Source of the DNA: Octopus sinensis
Lineage: Eukaryota
Assembly: GCF_006345805.1 (NCBI RefSeq)
Contig: NC_043013.1
Location: 2,666,001 to 2,730,000 of the forward strand
Length of the DNA: 64,000 nucleotides
Direction: 5' to 3'
The position numbers and the translations under genes are program-made. The notes below the pieces were generated by a model. That model was not told the DNA's origin and did no database searches. It saw only the letters and a program-made list of their open reading frames with translations. Positions 25,946-38,384 of this stretch are shown here, piece by piece. Every line of letters starts with the position of its first letter. Positions within the stretch are counted from its first letter, which is position 1.

Positions 25946-26659
25946 AGCCGCTATCATCGGCGGCGGCGGTGGCGGCGGTGGTGGCGGTGTGGAGGGTTGA
26001 TGACGATGGTGGTGGTGGAGGTGGTGATGGTGGTGGTAGTGGTGGTTGTACAGATGACAATAGTAGCGGCTGGCGTTGGCGATGAAGATGATCATGGTGT
26101 TGACGACGACGACGACGATGATGATGCTGATGCTGACGATGGCGATGGCGATGGAGGCGGTGGAGGCGGTGGTGGTGTTGGTTGTGGTTCTGATGGCAGA
26201 GAGATAAGTATATACTTTTTGTTTCGGAGGGTGGAGAGGGGGGGTGGCGGAATAATGATGGGAAAGATGATGGCGATAGTATAGGTATTGATGTGAAGGT
26301 GGCAGTGGTGGCGATGGTGATGGAGGTGGTGATGGTGATGATGGTGATGGAGGTGGTGGTGATGATGGTGGTGGTGGCGGTGGTAGTGGTGGCGATGGTG
26401 ATGGAGGTGGTGGTAGTGGTGGCGATGGTGATGGAGGTGGTGGCAGTGGTGGCGATGGTGATGGAGGTGGTGATGGTGATGATGGTGATGGAGGTGGTGG
26501 TGATGATGGTGGTGGTGGCGGTGGTAGTGGTGGCGATGGTGATGGAGGTGGTGGTAGTGGTGGCGATGGTGATGGAGGTGGTGGTGATGATGGTGGTGGT
26601 GGCGGTGGTTGTAGATTTTATTATCAGCAACATTGATGTGGTTATTTTTATTGCAGTGA

Positions 26660-26707
<48 letters not shown>

Positions 26708-27631
26708 CTGCAGTAGTGACGGCGGCGGCTGCGGTGGAGATGGGGGGGTCGGAGCGGGAATGAAAAGGAGATATATTTCGGAAGGGTGGATGCGTGGATG
26801 AGGGAGAGGGTGGTTATGATGAAAGGAAATAAAATTGACTGTAGCCCACACTGTACCATGTTACGTCTACCACCACCACCACCACCACCACCACAATAAT
26901 TTCTCCCAGCACCATAACCATCCCCACCCGGCAGCTCTATCGCTATCACCACTATCGCACCCCAGCCACGACCATCACCATTTAACATCATCACCCAACC
27001 ACCGATGACCCACCATCACCACAACTATCCCCCCCTGCGACTATCACCATAACGACGACGACGACCACCACCACCACCACCACGACCACCACCACCACCA
27101 CTGTCGCTGCCGCCACCACCACCACCTCCACCACCACCTCCACCACCACCACCATCACCACCACCACCACTACCACCACTACCACCTCCACCACCACCAC
27201 CACCACCACGTCACCCCACCACCACCAACCACCACCACACCACCACCACCACTAGCCACCCACACCACCACCACTACCACCACTGTCGCTGCCGCCACCA
27301 CCACCACCTCCACCACCACCTCCACCACCACCACCATCACCACCACCACCACTGACCACCACCACCACCACCACCACCACCACTACCACCACTGTCGCTG
27401 CCGCCACCACCGCCATCTCCACCACCACCTCCACCCACCACCACCACCACCACCACCACCACCACCACCACCACCACGACCACCACGACCACCACTACCA
27501 CCACTGTCGCTGCCGCCACCACCACAACCGCCAAACTTAACCAGATACATCCTATTTGCATTCTGCAACTAGCAGAAGCATCACCACTATAAAACCCTTA
27601 TGGTCAGTGATAGGTACTACTACTACTACTA

Positions 27632-27666
<35 letters not shown>

Positions 27667-27715
27667 ACCGTCATTTCCACCGCCACCGACGCCACCACAA
27701 CAACAATAACAACAA
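25748..27715. repeat. Long trinucleotide low-complexity domain: (GAT/GGT/TAG)n then (ACC/ATC/CTA)n
   Basis: Direct reading; a higher-order duplicated unit lies at about 26300-26600. Confidence 0.95.
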
Positions 27716-27719
27716 CAAA

Positions 27720-28040
27720 AGCAGCATGTCAGTAAGGAAGCCTCTATATGGTCACTCGATTTGCTAGAAATAGCAGCCCAATCTACATTAACTCCCATCC
27801 TAACACCTTAAGAAAACAAAAACAAAAAAATAGGACTCGTTGGATAACATGGTCCTGAGTTCCCGACACACAGAAATAGATGAGATGGTCGTGACTGGAA
27901 CGCCTTTGATAATAAGCTTTCTTGGTCAAGGCTGACTTGGGGAGACTGAACAGCAACAATAATAACGAGAATGAAGTAATAAAGTAGCGTGTACACGTCG
28001 TTTAATCTGCTAGAAATAGCAAGCAAAACTCCCTTAAATT
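27720..28040 (+). repeat. Unclassified dispersed repeat with duplicated tgctagaaatagcagc motif
   Basis: Motif at about 27762 and 28008; reverse-orientation relatives near 44445-44465 and 49335-49360. Confidence 0.45.
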
Positions 28041-28443
28041 AGATATTACTGTATTAAACAAAGAGGGATATATTGCACATTGTACTCATTTGCATAAAAC
28101 GTAGTATGAGCACGGCTGGAACCTGTTTGATCATAGCATTGCACGGTTAGGGCTAACCTAGGGTTAAATAATGACAACAGCGCACTAAAACAGTTGAACA
28201 ACAATAGCGATTCTGTGGTGGATGATAAATAGAATCGGTGGAGCAGCAGATAAGACACCTTGCGGTAGTTATTAACGTTTCTTTACATTCTCAGTTCGAA
28301 TTTCCCCTTCTCTTTCATTCATTCTGCCGTTGCCAGTTAAGGAACTAAGTACCGAAGCAATCTAATTAGCTCCATGCTGACGGAGCAACAGCATGGCCAC
28401 AGTCGGAATAGAAATTTAGAGAAAATTTGCTATAATAATACAG

Positions 28444-28806
28444 CAGCGGTTCTCAACCCATTTTTTATCTATGGGGCTCCTTTGGTTATTATTCTGATGG
28501 ACCCCCATAGACATTTGATGTTTAAATGTTAGTTTTATACAAGCTTCTTTCAAAATTCCTATTTTGTTCATCATGCATTAACATGTGTAGGTTTGCAACC
28601 GACCTCTCTGAGAGAACATGTTTCTGTGGCCGGAAACATGTTAAACTGTGTAAAACGTTAGAGAAAGAAACTTCCTTGTTTCTTGCATTAAATACATCTT
28701 TTCAAGGACTCCTGTTGAGTTCCAATTTAATATTTTGCTTTCGTGAATCCCTAAAAGTGTTATATGGACCCCCGGAGGTCATATGGAGCCCAGTTGTGAA
28801 TCATTG
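28444..28806. mobile_element. hAT-type MITE
   Basis: Termini cagcggttctcaac (28444-28457) and gttgtgaatcattg (28793-28806); subterminal ggacccc motifs. Confidence 0.6.
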
Positions 28807-28814
28807 GTCTAGAG

Positions 28815-29075
28815 CAGAGGTTCTCAAACATTTTTTTTTAATACCTGGATCCCTTTGATTACTAGTCCAATTTTGTTTCTCATATATTAACTTATATTGG
28901 TTAAAAATGTTGGAAAGAGAAGCCTAGCTGTTTCTTCTAATACATACCAATACGCACATCTAAAGTAAATTTTTTTTCTAGGGTCCTTGAAATACTACTG
29001 TCGATCACCAATTTACTAATTTGTTTCGTGGACCCCCAGAATCTTATATGGACCCTCAGGCACCGTATGGACACC
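28815..29075 (+). mobile_element. Second hAT-type MITE fragment
   Basis: Begins cagaggttctcaaac directly after the 8-bp site gTCTAGAg (28807-28814); ggacccc motifs. Confidence 0.5.
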
Positions 29076-29289
29076 GGCTGAGTAAAGAAGTGTGCTCACG
29101 ATTTTTGCGGGATGTTTGCGACTGGCTGGCTGGAAGCAGTAACGTTCCTTTTGAAAATGTGACAGGCGATGGCAGCAGGAAAAATATGTGCAGTAAAGGA
29201 ATTCCAGAGAGACAAACATTATGGGGGAAGAAGGACTAACATTCGCGAACGATCTGAGAGTCGACATAATGCAGGTGATGAAAAGAGAA

Positions 29290-30220
29290 AAGACGAAGGA
29301 TTCGGGAGCGCGTGCATGTAAATGACAGAAGGCCGATGAGCAGAAGCTAGTTTAGGGACAATAGAAAAAGCAGAACAGCGAGATAAAATCAGTGGATTTG
29401 TTGGTCAAAGGTTAGTGTCAGCTGGTGAGGGACTTTAAGGCAATCAGTAGAGTAGTCTTTTTTTGGTGCAGATGGCTGTACGATTATCGAAATAACTACC
29501 AGATGTGGGAGCTGCACAATATTGAACGTGTCACTTGGGGGCTAAAATACTTTCTGTAATTGAAGAGAAAGGCCGGTCATTTTTTTTAATGTCTTTAGTG
29601 AGGTCTGAGGAGCTGCCCTTCATGTGAATGGAATACACAGTAGCACGATTATAAAGATCAGGGTCTATCATTTTAGAGAGAGACAGATATTCAAATTTGG
29701 CTGTGTTTGGGATGTGGAGGGACTTGTCGAAAAGAAATGCTTCAGTCACTCGCCTATTTCTAATAAGCACATGTTCTGCCAGGGTTAATTGGAATAGAAC
29801 TGGAAGAGCTCCTCTTGGCTTGTAGTACCACAGGGTTCGGCATGTGTGGTGGATAATCGCGATGATGCAATGGTAGGACGCTCGAGCTGGGCAATTAAGG
29901 TAATGGCTTCGCACAGGTTGGTTTTGGAGATGATTAAAAAAAATGAAGGGTGTTTGAAATATTTGTTGAGTGTTAGGGATGCATGAAAAAGGTGAGATCA
30001 ACTGATGTAGAGAGTTGAGGATCACAAAAGATTTTGTTTTAGTTTCCGTTCGGGCGGCATGAGTATAGGATGGTTGTGAGAACCAAGAAGAAATGTCAGC
30101 ATTGAAGTTACCTAGGACGATGGCTTTTGTGTCGCATGATGGGATGTGATGGATGTCCTCACAGGCGAGTTGTGGGTGTTTAAAGAGCGATGAAGGAAAT
30201 AGATGTGTTTGGAGGAATTG

Positions 30221-30273
<53 letters not shown>

Positions 30274-30750
30274 CTTGGAGACATATTAACTGGAAATATT
30301 TATCGACGATGTCCTGATGTGAAAGATGAGTGAGTGTATAATGTACATAACTATTGGCACCATCTTTCAGAGAAGTAGTCTGGAGAGCAGTGATGATCTG
30401 TGGATAAAGGCTGAGAGATGTGTGCCACAGAGAAGAACAAAATATGTGGTTTGTGTGTAAGTAGGGGGTGATGTAAGGAGTCGAGATCGGATGGGAATCT
30501 GCAGATATGAGAAAATTGGAAGGGAAACTGTCCTGCAGGTTTAGTTACCTCGGTAAGTATGCAGGGTGCCGGTTACAGCACTGGTATCCTGTAGTTAAAT
30601 GTGGAGAGCCAGGTCAGAATATTGGCAACAAAATAAAATTCAATCGAAGGATCAGAAGGTGCTGTTAAAACGGGTAGATATACTCGGCCACCTCAAAAGT
30701 GGGGAAACTTTCTATGCCGTGTATAACAGGGCTAGAGTAGACGTGTAATT
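29290..30750 (-). mobile_element. Degenerate non-LTR retrotransposon, APE endonuclease region (Jockey/CR1-like), split by (GA)n
   Basis: PHILFFS (cf. PDILFLSET) and AIVLGNFNADISSW...SFVILNSLHQLISPFSCIP (cf. ILGDFNAH..W...F...N.L.QLV..PTRIP). Confidence 0.65.
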
Positions 30751-30944
30751 TGCGTGTATGTGAGTAGTGGGGAGTGTGCGTCAGTGTACACACACGCGCA
30801 CATAAATGCACACACACACACACACACACGAATTTCATCTTATGTCATTCTATCACACTTCCATAGTAAATTGGCAAATACACACACACACACACACACA
30901 CACATTGAATATATACGTTATTGCATGTGCATGTGTGTGTATGT

Positions 30945-31145
30945 GTGTGATTAAGAAGCACACTTTGCAGCCACATGGTGTCAGGTTCAGTCCCATTGCG
31001 AGGTACTTTGGGCAAGTGTCATCTACTATAACTTCGGGCCGACCTACCAATGTTGATATATATTTTGGTTGATTTAATAGCTTAAAACTTTTCACAGTGG
31101 TGCTCCAGCATAACCACAGTCACATGGCTGAAGCGTATCAAAGAA
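30945..31145 (+). mobile_element. SINE family A, internally deleted
   Basis: Head (ccacatggtgtcaggttcagtccc) joined to tail (ggtgctccagcataaccacagtc). Confidence 0.7.
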
Positions 31146-32195
31146 CAAAGAATATATATATATATACAAATAAGAAAATGGAGGAACAGATTCCTTTCAA
31201 TCATCGACTTACAGATATTACCAATTCATATTATTTATTAACTACTTAAATAGGAACATCCAAATCCAACATAATAAAACAATATACATCAGTATATATA
31301 CCATAAGAATAATACACATAAAATGGATCTTACAGCTGTTTCAGCCTGTAGATAAAAGTATCTCATTGTGCCTATATTAGTCAGATGTATTGAGGTAATA
31401 TGCAGTTAAAAATGAGTTACTTATATATATCTATAACTTAAGACAATTACATAATAAGAATAAAGACAGCCCTCGGAGAAGAACAAGTGGGAAAGGAGTT
31501 AGTAGATAGATAGAGATGTGTGGATATTATTCAGAATGTAGCTTTGTTGTATTGTTCAAAATCTCTTGTCTTGGTAGCTTCTTTTCAATTCGTCCAGTCT
31601 TAATCCTCACCCCTCACTTTCACCGTTTCCCTCTCACCGCCTCTCTCTCTCCGTCTTCCTCTGTCTTTGTCTCTTTCTTTCTCTTTCTCTCTGTTTCTTT
31701 CTTTTGTGTGTGTTCAGCGACGATGTTAAGAGCTGCGGCGCTCCAAGAAGAGTTTTTTTTGCGGTGCCTGGAGTTTACATTAAAGTATTAATTATGTTTT
31801 ATGTTTAGAAAAAAAAACAAAAAAATAAAAAAAAGCAAAAACAAAAACAAAAAGTAAAAGTAAAAATAAAAATAAATAAATTAAAAATATAAATTTTAAA
31901 AATAATCATTCAAAAATGTTAATTAGAACTTTCCCATCTTTTTGACTTTGTGACGCACAGGAGATCAAATAATAAAATTACTGCTGTACTAAGCACGGAA
32001 ATTTAAAATTAACATCAGCGACGACGACATCAACAACAACAACAGCAACAATATTATTATGTTGGAAAGTTTAAAATAGAGGAAATTGCAGGTTCCTTCT
32101 TTTATTTTTGATTTTTGTGTGTATTTTCAAAGAGAGGTACTAAAAACGATTTTTATTAAGACTTAAAATATATTTCCAAATACGTGACGGAGAGG

Positions 32196-32275
32196 CTGTG
32201 TCTTCAATAGCCTCGGGCTGACCAAGCCTTGTGAGTGGATTTGATAGACGGAAACTGAAAGAAGCTCGTCGTATA
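32196..32275 (+). mobile_element. SINE family A fragment
   Basis: atagcctcgggctgaccaagccttgtgagtggatttgatagacggaaactgaaagaag. Confidence 0.75.
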
Positions 32276-32292
32276 TATATATATATATATAT

Positions 32293-32334
<42 letters not shown>

Positions 32335-32383
32335 ATATAATATATATATTATATATATATATATATACATACATACATACATT

Positions 32384-32414
<31 letters not shown>

Positions 32415-32524
32415 CTAGATATATATAAAAAATATTACGATGGCCTTGACGCAATTTAACCAAAAAGGAAATAATTCACCGTTACTAAAATTGACCAAGA
32501 GTGGAGTGACCACTGGCATTGCTG

Positions 32525-32556
<32 letters not shown>

Positions 32557-32565
32557 ATATACACA

Positions 32566-32719
32566 CACGATGGGCTTATTTCAGTTTCCGTCTACGAAAA
32601 CCACAAGGTATTGGTCGGTCCGAGGCTATAGTAGAAGACACTTGTCGAAGGTACCACGCAGTGAGACTGAACCCGGAACAATGTGGTTGGAAAGGAAGCT
32701 TCTTATCACACAGCCACGC
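32566..32719 (-). mobile_element. SINE family A, 5' part
   Basis: Reverse match to family-A head and body. Confidence 0.8.
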
Positions 32720-33121
32720 TTGCATACCCCCCCCCCAAAAAAAAACAAAAGAACGGAATATTTCTTGCATACAAGTTTAATTCAGTTAAAATTTTTTTAT
32801 GGGAAATGTGATATGATTATGTCAGCCTTAACACAATTATTTACACTAACTGACTGCTGCGAAAAACCACTGGAAAACTGAATAGACAAAATATTAAAAC
32901 ACCCTAAACAAGGACGTTATTACATAACCATTTATTTGAGTGAAATAGTTTATTTAAAATATTTATTATATTTTGTTTTGTAAGAATAAAACTAAATTCA
33001 AAATATAAGTGAAAAGCATTGTTAGGAACACCCTTTTTTTTGTTGGAAACAAATGGTATTGTTCAGATGTCTAAAAACTGCTTTAAAATAAGTCTTGCAT
33101 TTTTTTTTATCTCTGCCAAGA

Positions 33122-33465
33122 CATGGCTGTGTAGTTAAGAAATTCGCCATTTAATACGTGGTTCCGGGTTCAGTCCCAATGCGTGTCACTTTGGGCAAGT
33201 GTCTTTCTACGATTATCCCTGGGCCGATCAATGCCTTGCGAGGGAATTTGGTAGACGAAAGCTGTGTGGAAGTGCATATTAAATATGTACGCGCGCGCGT
33301 GTATGTGAATGTCTTAGAGTTTGTGTTTGTGCCGCCTTCTCCACTGCTTACAACCGGTGTTTGTTTGTTTAAATTCTCATAACTTAGCGGTTCAGCTAAA
33401 GAGACCAATAAAAAAGAGACCGGACATAAATAAGTCCTGAAGTCGATATGTTCGATTAAAGGCAC
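33122..33465 (+). mobile_element. Older SINE family A copy
   Basis: Diverged head and body directly upstream of a younger copy. Confidence 0.7.
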
Positions 33466-33469
33466 AAAA

Positions 33470-33645
33470 AGTGGCTGTGTGGTAAGTAGCTTGCTTACCG
33501 ACCACATGGTTTCGGGTTCAGTCCCACTGCGTAGCAACTTGGACAAGTGTCTTCCACTATAGCCTCGGGCCGACCAAAGCTTTGTGAGTGGATTTGGTAG
33601 ACGGAAACTGAAAGAAGCCCGTCGTATATATGTATACATATGTGT

Positions 33646-33685
<40 letters not shown>

Positions 33686-33880
33686 TGTTTGTCCCCCCCT
33701 CCCCAACGTCACTTGACAACCGATGCTGGTGTGTTTACGTCCCCCTAACTTAGCGGTTCGGCAAAAGAGAATAAGTACTAGGCTTACAAAGAATAAGTTC
33801 TGGAGTCGATTTGCTCGACTAAAGGCGGTGCTCCAGCATGGCCGTGGTCAAATGACTGAAACAAGTAAAAGAGTAAAGAG
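33470..33880 (+). mobile_element. SINE family A, full length
   Basis: Complete head, (TG)n, tail gactgaaacaagtaaaagagtaaag. Confidence 0.9.
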
Positions 33881-34074
33881 AGAGTAAACCTTTCAAGGGT
33901 CTACTACTAAAAAGTAAAAAGTAAATGATAAAGTCTTAGAATTTTGTTTGCAAAATTCTACATCCAATGGTCAAAGCAGCTGCATTGAGTTAGTTTTGAT
34001 CAGTTTTAAGAACCACAAGACTAGCCATATCCACACACACACGCACACACATACACACACACACACACACACAC

Positions 34075-34232
34075 ATATACGATGGGTTTCATTCAGTTTC
34101 CGCCTACCAAATCCACTCATAAATCTTTGGTCGGCCCGAGGCCATAGTAGAAGACACTTGCCCAAGGTGTCACGCAGTGGGACTGAACCCGGAACCATGT
34201 GATTGGGAAGCAAGTTCCCGACCACGCTGCCA
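34075..34232 (-). mobile_element. SINE family A, 5' part
   Basis: Reverse match to the head. Confidence 0.8.
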
Positions 34233-34286
34233 TACTTGCACCTTTCACTAAATTTTTTAAAATATTGCTTTAGAAGTGGTTGTTTT

Positions 34287-34500
34287 AAGGCGGCGAGCTG
34301 GCAGAAACGTTAACGCGCTGGACAAAATGCTTAGCGGTATTTCACCTGTCGCTACGTTCTGAGTTCAAATTCCGCCAAGGTTGATTTTGCCTTTCATCCT
34401 TTCGGGGGTCAGTAAAATAAGAGCCAGTTAAGTACTGGGGTCGATGTAATCGACTGGACCCCATTCCCCCAAATTTCAGGCCTTGTGCCTACCGTAGAAA
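34287..34500 (+). mobile_element. SINE family B
   Basis: aaggcggcgagctggcagaaacgtt...cctttcatcctttcggggg. Confidence 0.88.
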
Positions 34501-34627
34501 GATGTGACTGTTTTGTGGTGTGTTTACGTTGTAAAAACAGTTAAATACTGAAATAGTAGCGTCAAGTAAAAAGACAAAAAAAAACACCGTGTTTTTATCT
34601 CTTTACCTCGTTCTAAGTATTTGATAG

Positions 34628-34939
<312 letters not shown>

Positions 34940-35393
34940 GCTCAAGATTATTAAGCTTTATCACACATTTTATTCACTCATTGGAAGGTTCATTTTGGAC
35001 ACATCCGTTTCTTATATTAATCAAACCCTTGTGTCTGAAGAACCGAGATAAACCGGACGAAACATAATAAAACAGTAAATTCTCATGTGATAAGTTTAGT
35101 ACAGTTAAACCTATTAACTTACATGGAGAGTTCAATGAGATGTGCCTTTACATTTCTGAATCTAATACAGATTTCTGAAAGCGTTGAAGTGTTGATGCAT
35201 TCACACGACCGGCTTCCAGAAGCAATGTTGCTGGGAAACTGAAGAAATTGCCGAACTTTTCAAAGTTTCTGAAGGTTTACATTATTTATTCTACGTCAAT
35301 AAATCAAATACGTTTGACTTCGAATTTAAATTTGCTTTTTCTGTTATTTCCTTCAGTCGATTCAACACGGCTGGAGAGAACACTCCTTCAAGC

Positions 35394-35425
35394 ACTACTA
35401 CTGCTACTACTGCTGCTGCTGCTAT

Positions 35426-35459
<34 letters not shown>

Positions 35460-35565
35460 GCTGCTGCTATGCTGCTGCTGCTATGCTGCTGCTGCTATGC
35501 TGCTGCTGCTGTGTTGTTGTTGTTGTTGATGATGATGATGATGATGATTGATGATGATGATGAAT
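35394..35565. repeat. Compound trinucleotide repeat (CTA/CTG/TTG/GAT)
   Basis: Direct reading. Confidence 0.95.
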
Positions 35566-35954
35566 GACCTCTTCATGTCTAACCCATCACAAATTCCTCC
35601 TTGCATAAATAACGATTCCCGACGAGCGACCAATCCAACTGTCCCAATTTACCTAGTCCCAAACCAATGCCAACATGTGAAACAGCCCCTAAACAGCCGC
35701 TCTAATTGCTTCACCACTCCCAAATCACATCCATATTTATTATTCTAATTAAAGAGCCGTTCATTGTACAATATAGTTCCGGCTATACATATATAAAAAG
35801 ATGGAATAGTTAAGGCTTGAATATCTTTGATAATGAATCGACTTAATCAGAGCTGACCCCAAACTAATCATTATCATCATCATCAGCAGCAGCAGCAACA
35901 GAAATAACACCAACAAATCAGATTTGTGATATCATCTGCATGGTAAAACCAATA

Positions 35955-36195
35955 CTTATTTCTTTATTACCCACAAGGGGCTAAACATAGAGGGGACAAA
36001 CAAGGACACACAAAGGGATTAAGTCGAGAGACAGAAAAGTGAGATATTGATGCTGGTGTGTAACTTAGCGGCTCCCTGTAACCTAGCAGTTCGGTTAAAG
36101 AGACCGATAGAATAAGTAGTGGGCTTACAAAGAATAAGTCCTAGGGTCGATTTCTTCAACTTAAAAGCATAGCCGCAAGTAAAAGAATAAAAGAA
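35955..36195. mobile_element. SINE B tail (minus) joined to a SINE A 3' variant (plus)
   Basis: cccacaaggggctaaacatagagggg (family B) then gatgctggtgtgtaacttagcgg...gcatagccgcaagtaaaagaat (family A variant). Confidence 0.7.
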
Positions 36196-36404
36196 TATAT
36201 ATTTGTGTGTGTGTGTGTGTGTGCGTATGCGTGTGTTGTGTGTGTGTGCGCGCGTGTGTGTGTGTTTGTGTATGTGTGTGGGAGCGTGAGAAATAGAGAG
36301 AGACAGACAGACAGTCAGAGAGAGGGCTTGTGATTATGTGTGCGTGTGTCGAAACGATCGTTGTAATAAATATAGTTTCCAGTATGCTCTGTTTACTCTA
36401 TCTT

Positions 36405-36752
36405 TCGTAGCCATGATTCCGGGTTCAATCCTACTGCGTGGCACCTTAGGCAAGTGTCTTCTACTATAGCTTCGGGCCGACCAAAACCTTGTGGGTGGAT
36501 TTGGTAGACGGAAACTGAAAGAAGCCCGTCGTATATATGTATATATATATATGCGTGTGTGTGTGTTTGTGTGTCTGTGTTTGTCCCCCTAGCATTGCTT
36601 GACAACCGATGCTGGTGTGTTTATGTCCCCGGCAAAAGAGACCGATAGAATAAGTACTGGGCTTACAAAAGAATATGTCCTGGGGTCGAGTTGCTCGATT
36701 AAATGCGGTGCTCCAGCATGGCCGCAGTCAAATGACTGAAACAAGTAAAAGA
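36405..36752 (+). mobile_element. SINE family A, 5'-clipped, otherwise complete
   Basis: Matches the 4684 copy including a shared internal deletion. Confidence 0.88.
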
Positions 36753-36753
36753 G

Positions 36754-36793
<40 letters not shown>

Positions 36794-36859
36794 ATATATA
36801 TGCACACATATACACGCACGCACGCACACACTCATACACACACATATAATCGGCTCTTT

Positions 36860-37108
36860 ACGTCTCGACAGATGGTCTAAACAGTGGAAAAGGTCTTAAT
36901 TAGCTTCTCATAGTCTTATTCCCGGAGCTTCTCTCATAGCTGATCTTTCCTGTGTTTGATGAGTAAGGTCTGCTGCAAAATCTGCAGGCAAAGAAGGTGC
37001 TGCGGTATGTTGTCTTTCTTTACCGTTCTTAATTCGAGGGTCAGGATGTTTTCTTCTTCGAGCTGTTTGACTCCTTTGCTCAGTGAGGTTTTCCATACTG
37101 TTCTGCCG

Positions 37109-37110
<2 letters not shown>
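36860..37110 (-). mobile_element. RTE-type LINE 3' end
   Basis: RTVWKTSLSKGVKQLEEE...FACRFCSRPYSSNTGKISYER resembles the RTE C-terminal W.....G...FE / C..C.R...S..GL.SH.R motif. Confidence 0.6.
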
Positions 37111-37169
<59 letters not shown>

Positions 37170-37377
37170 CAATTAAGATTCAAGTCAATTCTAATGAATT
37201 CACTTGAATGCGGTACTTAACTTAGATGCACCAGAAAACTATATGGTGTTAACCTTACAGTAATGTGGGGTGATTATAGGATCTAATCCATTCTTGTTGC
37301 TTCTTTCTCGTATATATATATATATACACATACACACATGTATGTATATATTTATGTGTGTGCATCTGTGTTTGTCC

Positions 37378-37570
37378 ACCGACCATCGCTTGGCAAATGA
37401 TGCTGGTGTGTAACTTAGCGGTTCCCTGTAACCTAGCAGATCGGTTAAAGAGACCCATAGAATAAGTAGTGGGCTTACAAAGAATAAGCCCTGGGGTCGA
37501 TTTCTTCAACTTAAAAAATCCCTTAAGGCGATGCTCCAGCATAGCCGCAAGTAAAAGAATAAAAGAATAT
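37378..37570 (+). mobile_element. SINE family A 3' variant (twin of 36049-36195)
   Basis: Shares the private tandem gtaacttagcgg-ccctgtaacctagcag and tail gcatagccgcaagtaaaagaataaaagaatat. Confidence 0.8.
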
Positions 37571-37582
37571 GTGTGTATGTGG

Positions 37583-37616
<34 letters not shown>

Positions 37617-37695
37617 GTGTGTGTATATACGTGTGCGTGTGTTGTGTGTGTTTGCGCGCGCGTTTGTGTGTGATTGTGTATGTGTGTGAGCATAG

Positions 37696-37726
<31 letters not shown>

Positions 37727-37740
37727 ATATATATGAGTAC

Positions 37741-37900
37741 CACAGGCAATTTTTTTCCCTCTGTCTTCCCTTCTCCTATGTTTCCGACGAAGAGCTCCGC
37801 TCGAAACGTTAAACCCTCCTTCTTCCCTTCTTTCCTGAGCGTCCAATAATACTTTATTTGTTCCATGTCCTTGCGTTGTTGTGTTTTTTTGTTTTCTTGT
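37741..37900 (+). mobile_element. PLE terminal fragment with hammerhead motif (37780-37814)
   Basis: guuu-CCGACGA-a-gagc-ucc-gcuc-GAAACGUU-aaac, followed by ttcctgagcgtccaataatac. Confidence 0.65.
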
Positions 37901-37906
37901 TTGGAT

Positions 37907-37954
<48 letters not shown>

Positions 37955-37957
<3 letters not shown>

Positions 37958-38080
37958 GACGGGATACTTTCACTTTCTGTGTACCAAATCCACTCACAAG
38001 TCTTTTGTCGGCCCGAGGCTATGGTAGAAGATACTGACCGAAGGCTGCGAAGTAATCTTCTTACCACACAGCCACGCCTG
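37955..38080 (-). mobile_element. SINE family A, 5' fragment
   Basis: Reverse match to the head, internally deleted. Confidence 0.7.
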
Positions 38081-38384
38081 CGCCAATATGTATCCAGACT
38101 ACGATTATGCAATCTACACACTACATATTTATCGTTAAACTATTCTCCCACCGAACACTATACCACATGCAATACACCCGTAACACTTCCATACATGTTC
38201 AGGCACCTACAGTACACAATATTCGCATATTTCCTCACAATACACCCGTAATTCTACACTGTCCACACACTAATATATCGATAGCTTCACACTACCCACA
38301 AACTGAGTACCTATATATTTACACTTCCGCTACACGATTTCCATACTGCTACACTAAACCATACACACTCTAAGTCTATACCGT

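Noticed and set aside
25685-27568. Poly-His/Val/Asp/Thr ORFs up to 300 aa
   Set aside because: Trinucleotide repeats open in several frames on both strands; no splice or domain evidence.
28611-28650. aacatgtttc/gaaacatgtt hairpin resembling a hammerhead half
   Set aside because: No CUGANGA core; explained as an internal palindrome of the hAT MITE.
35031-35075. CTGAAGA...GAAAC motif downstream of the H4 retrocopy
   Set aside because: Stem II only 3 bp and not flush; no valid stem III or stem I; too decayed to call.
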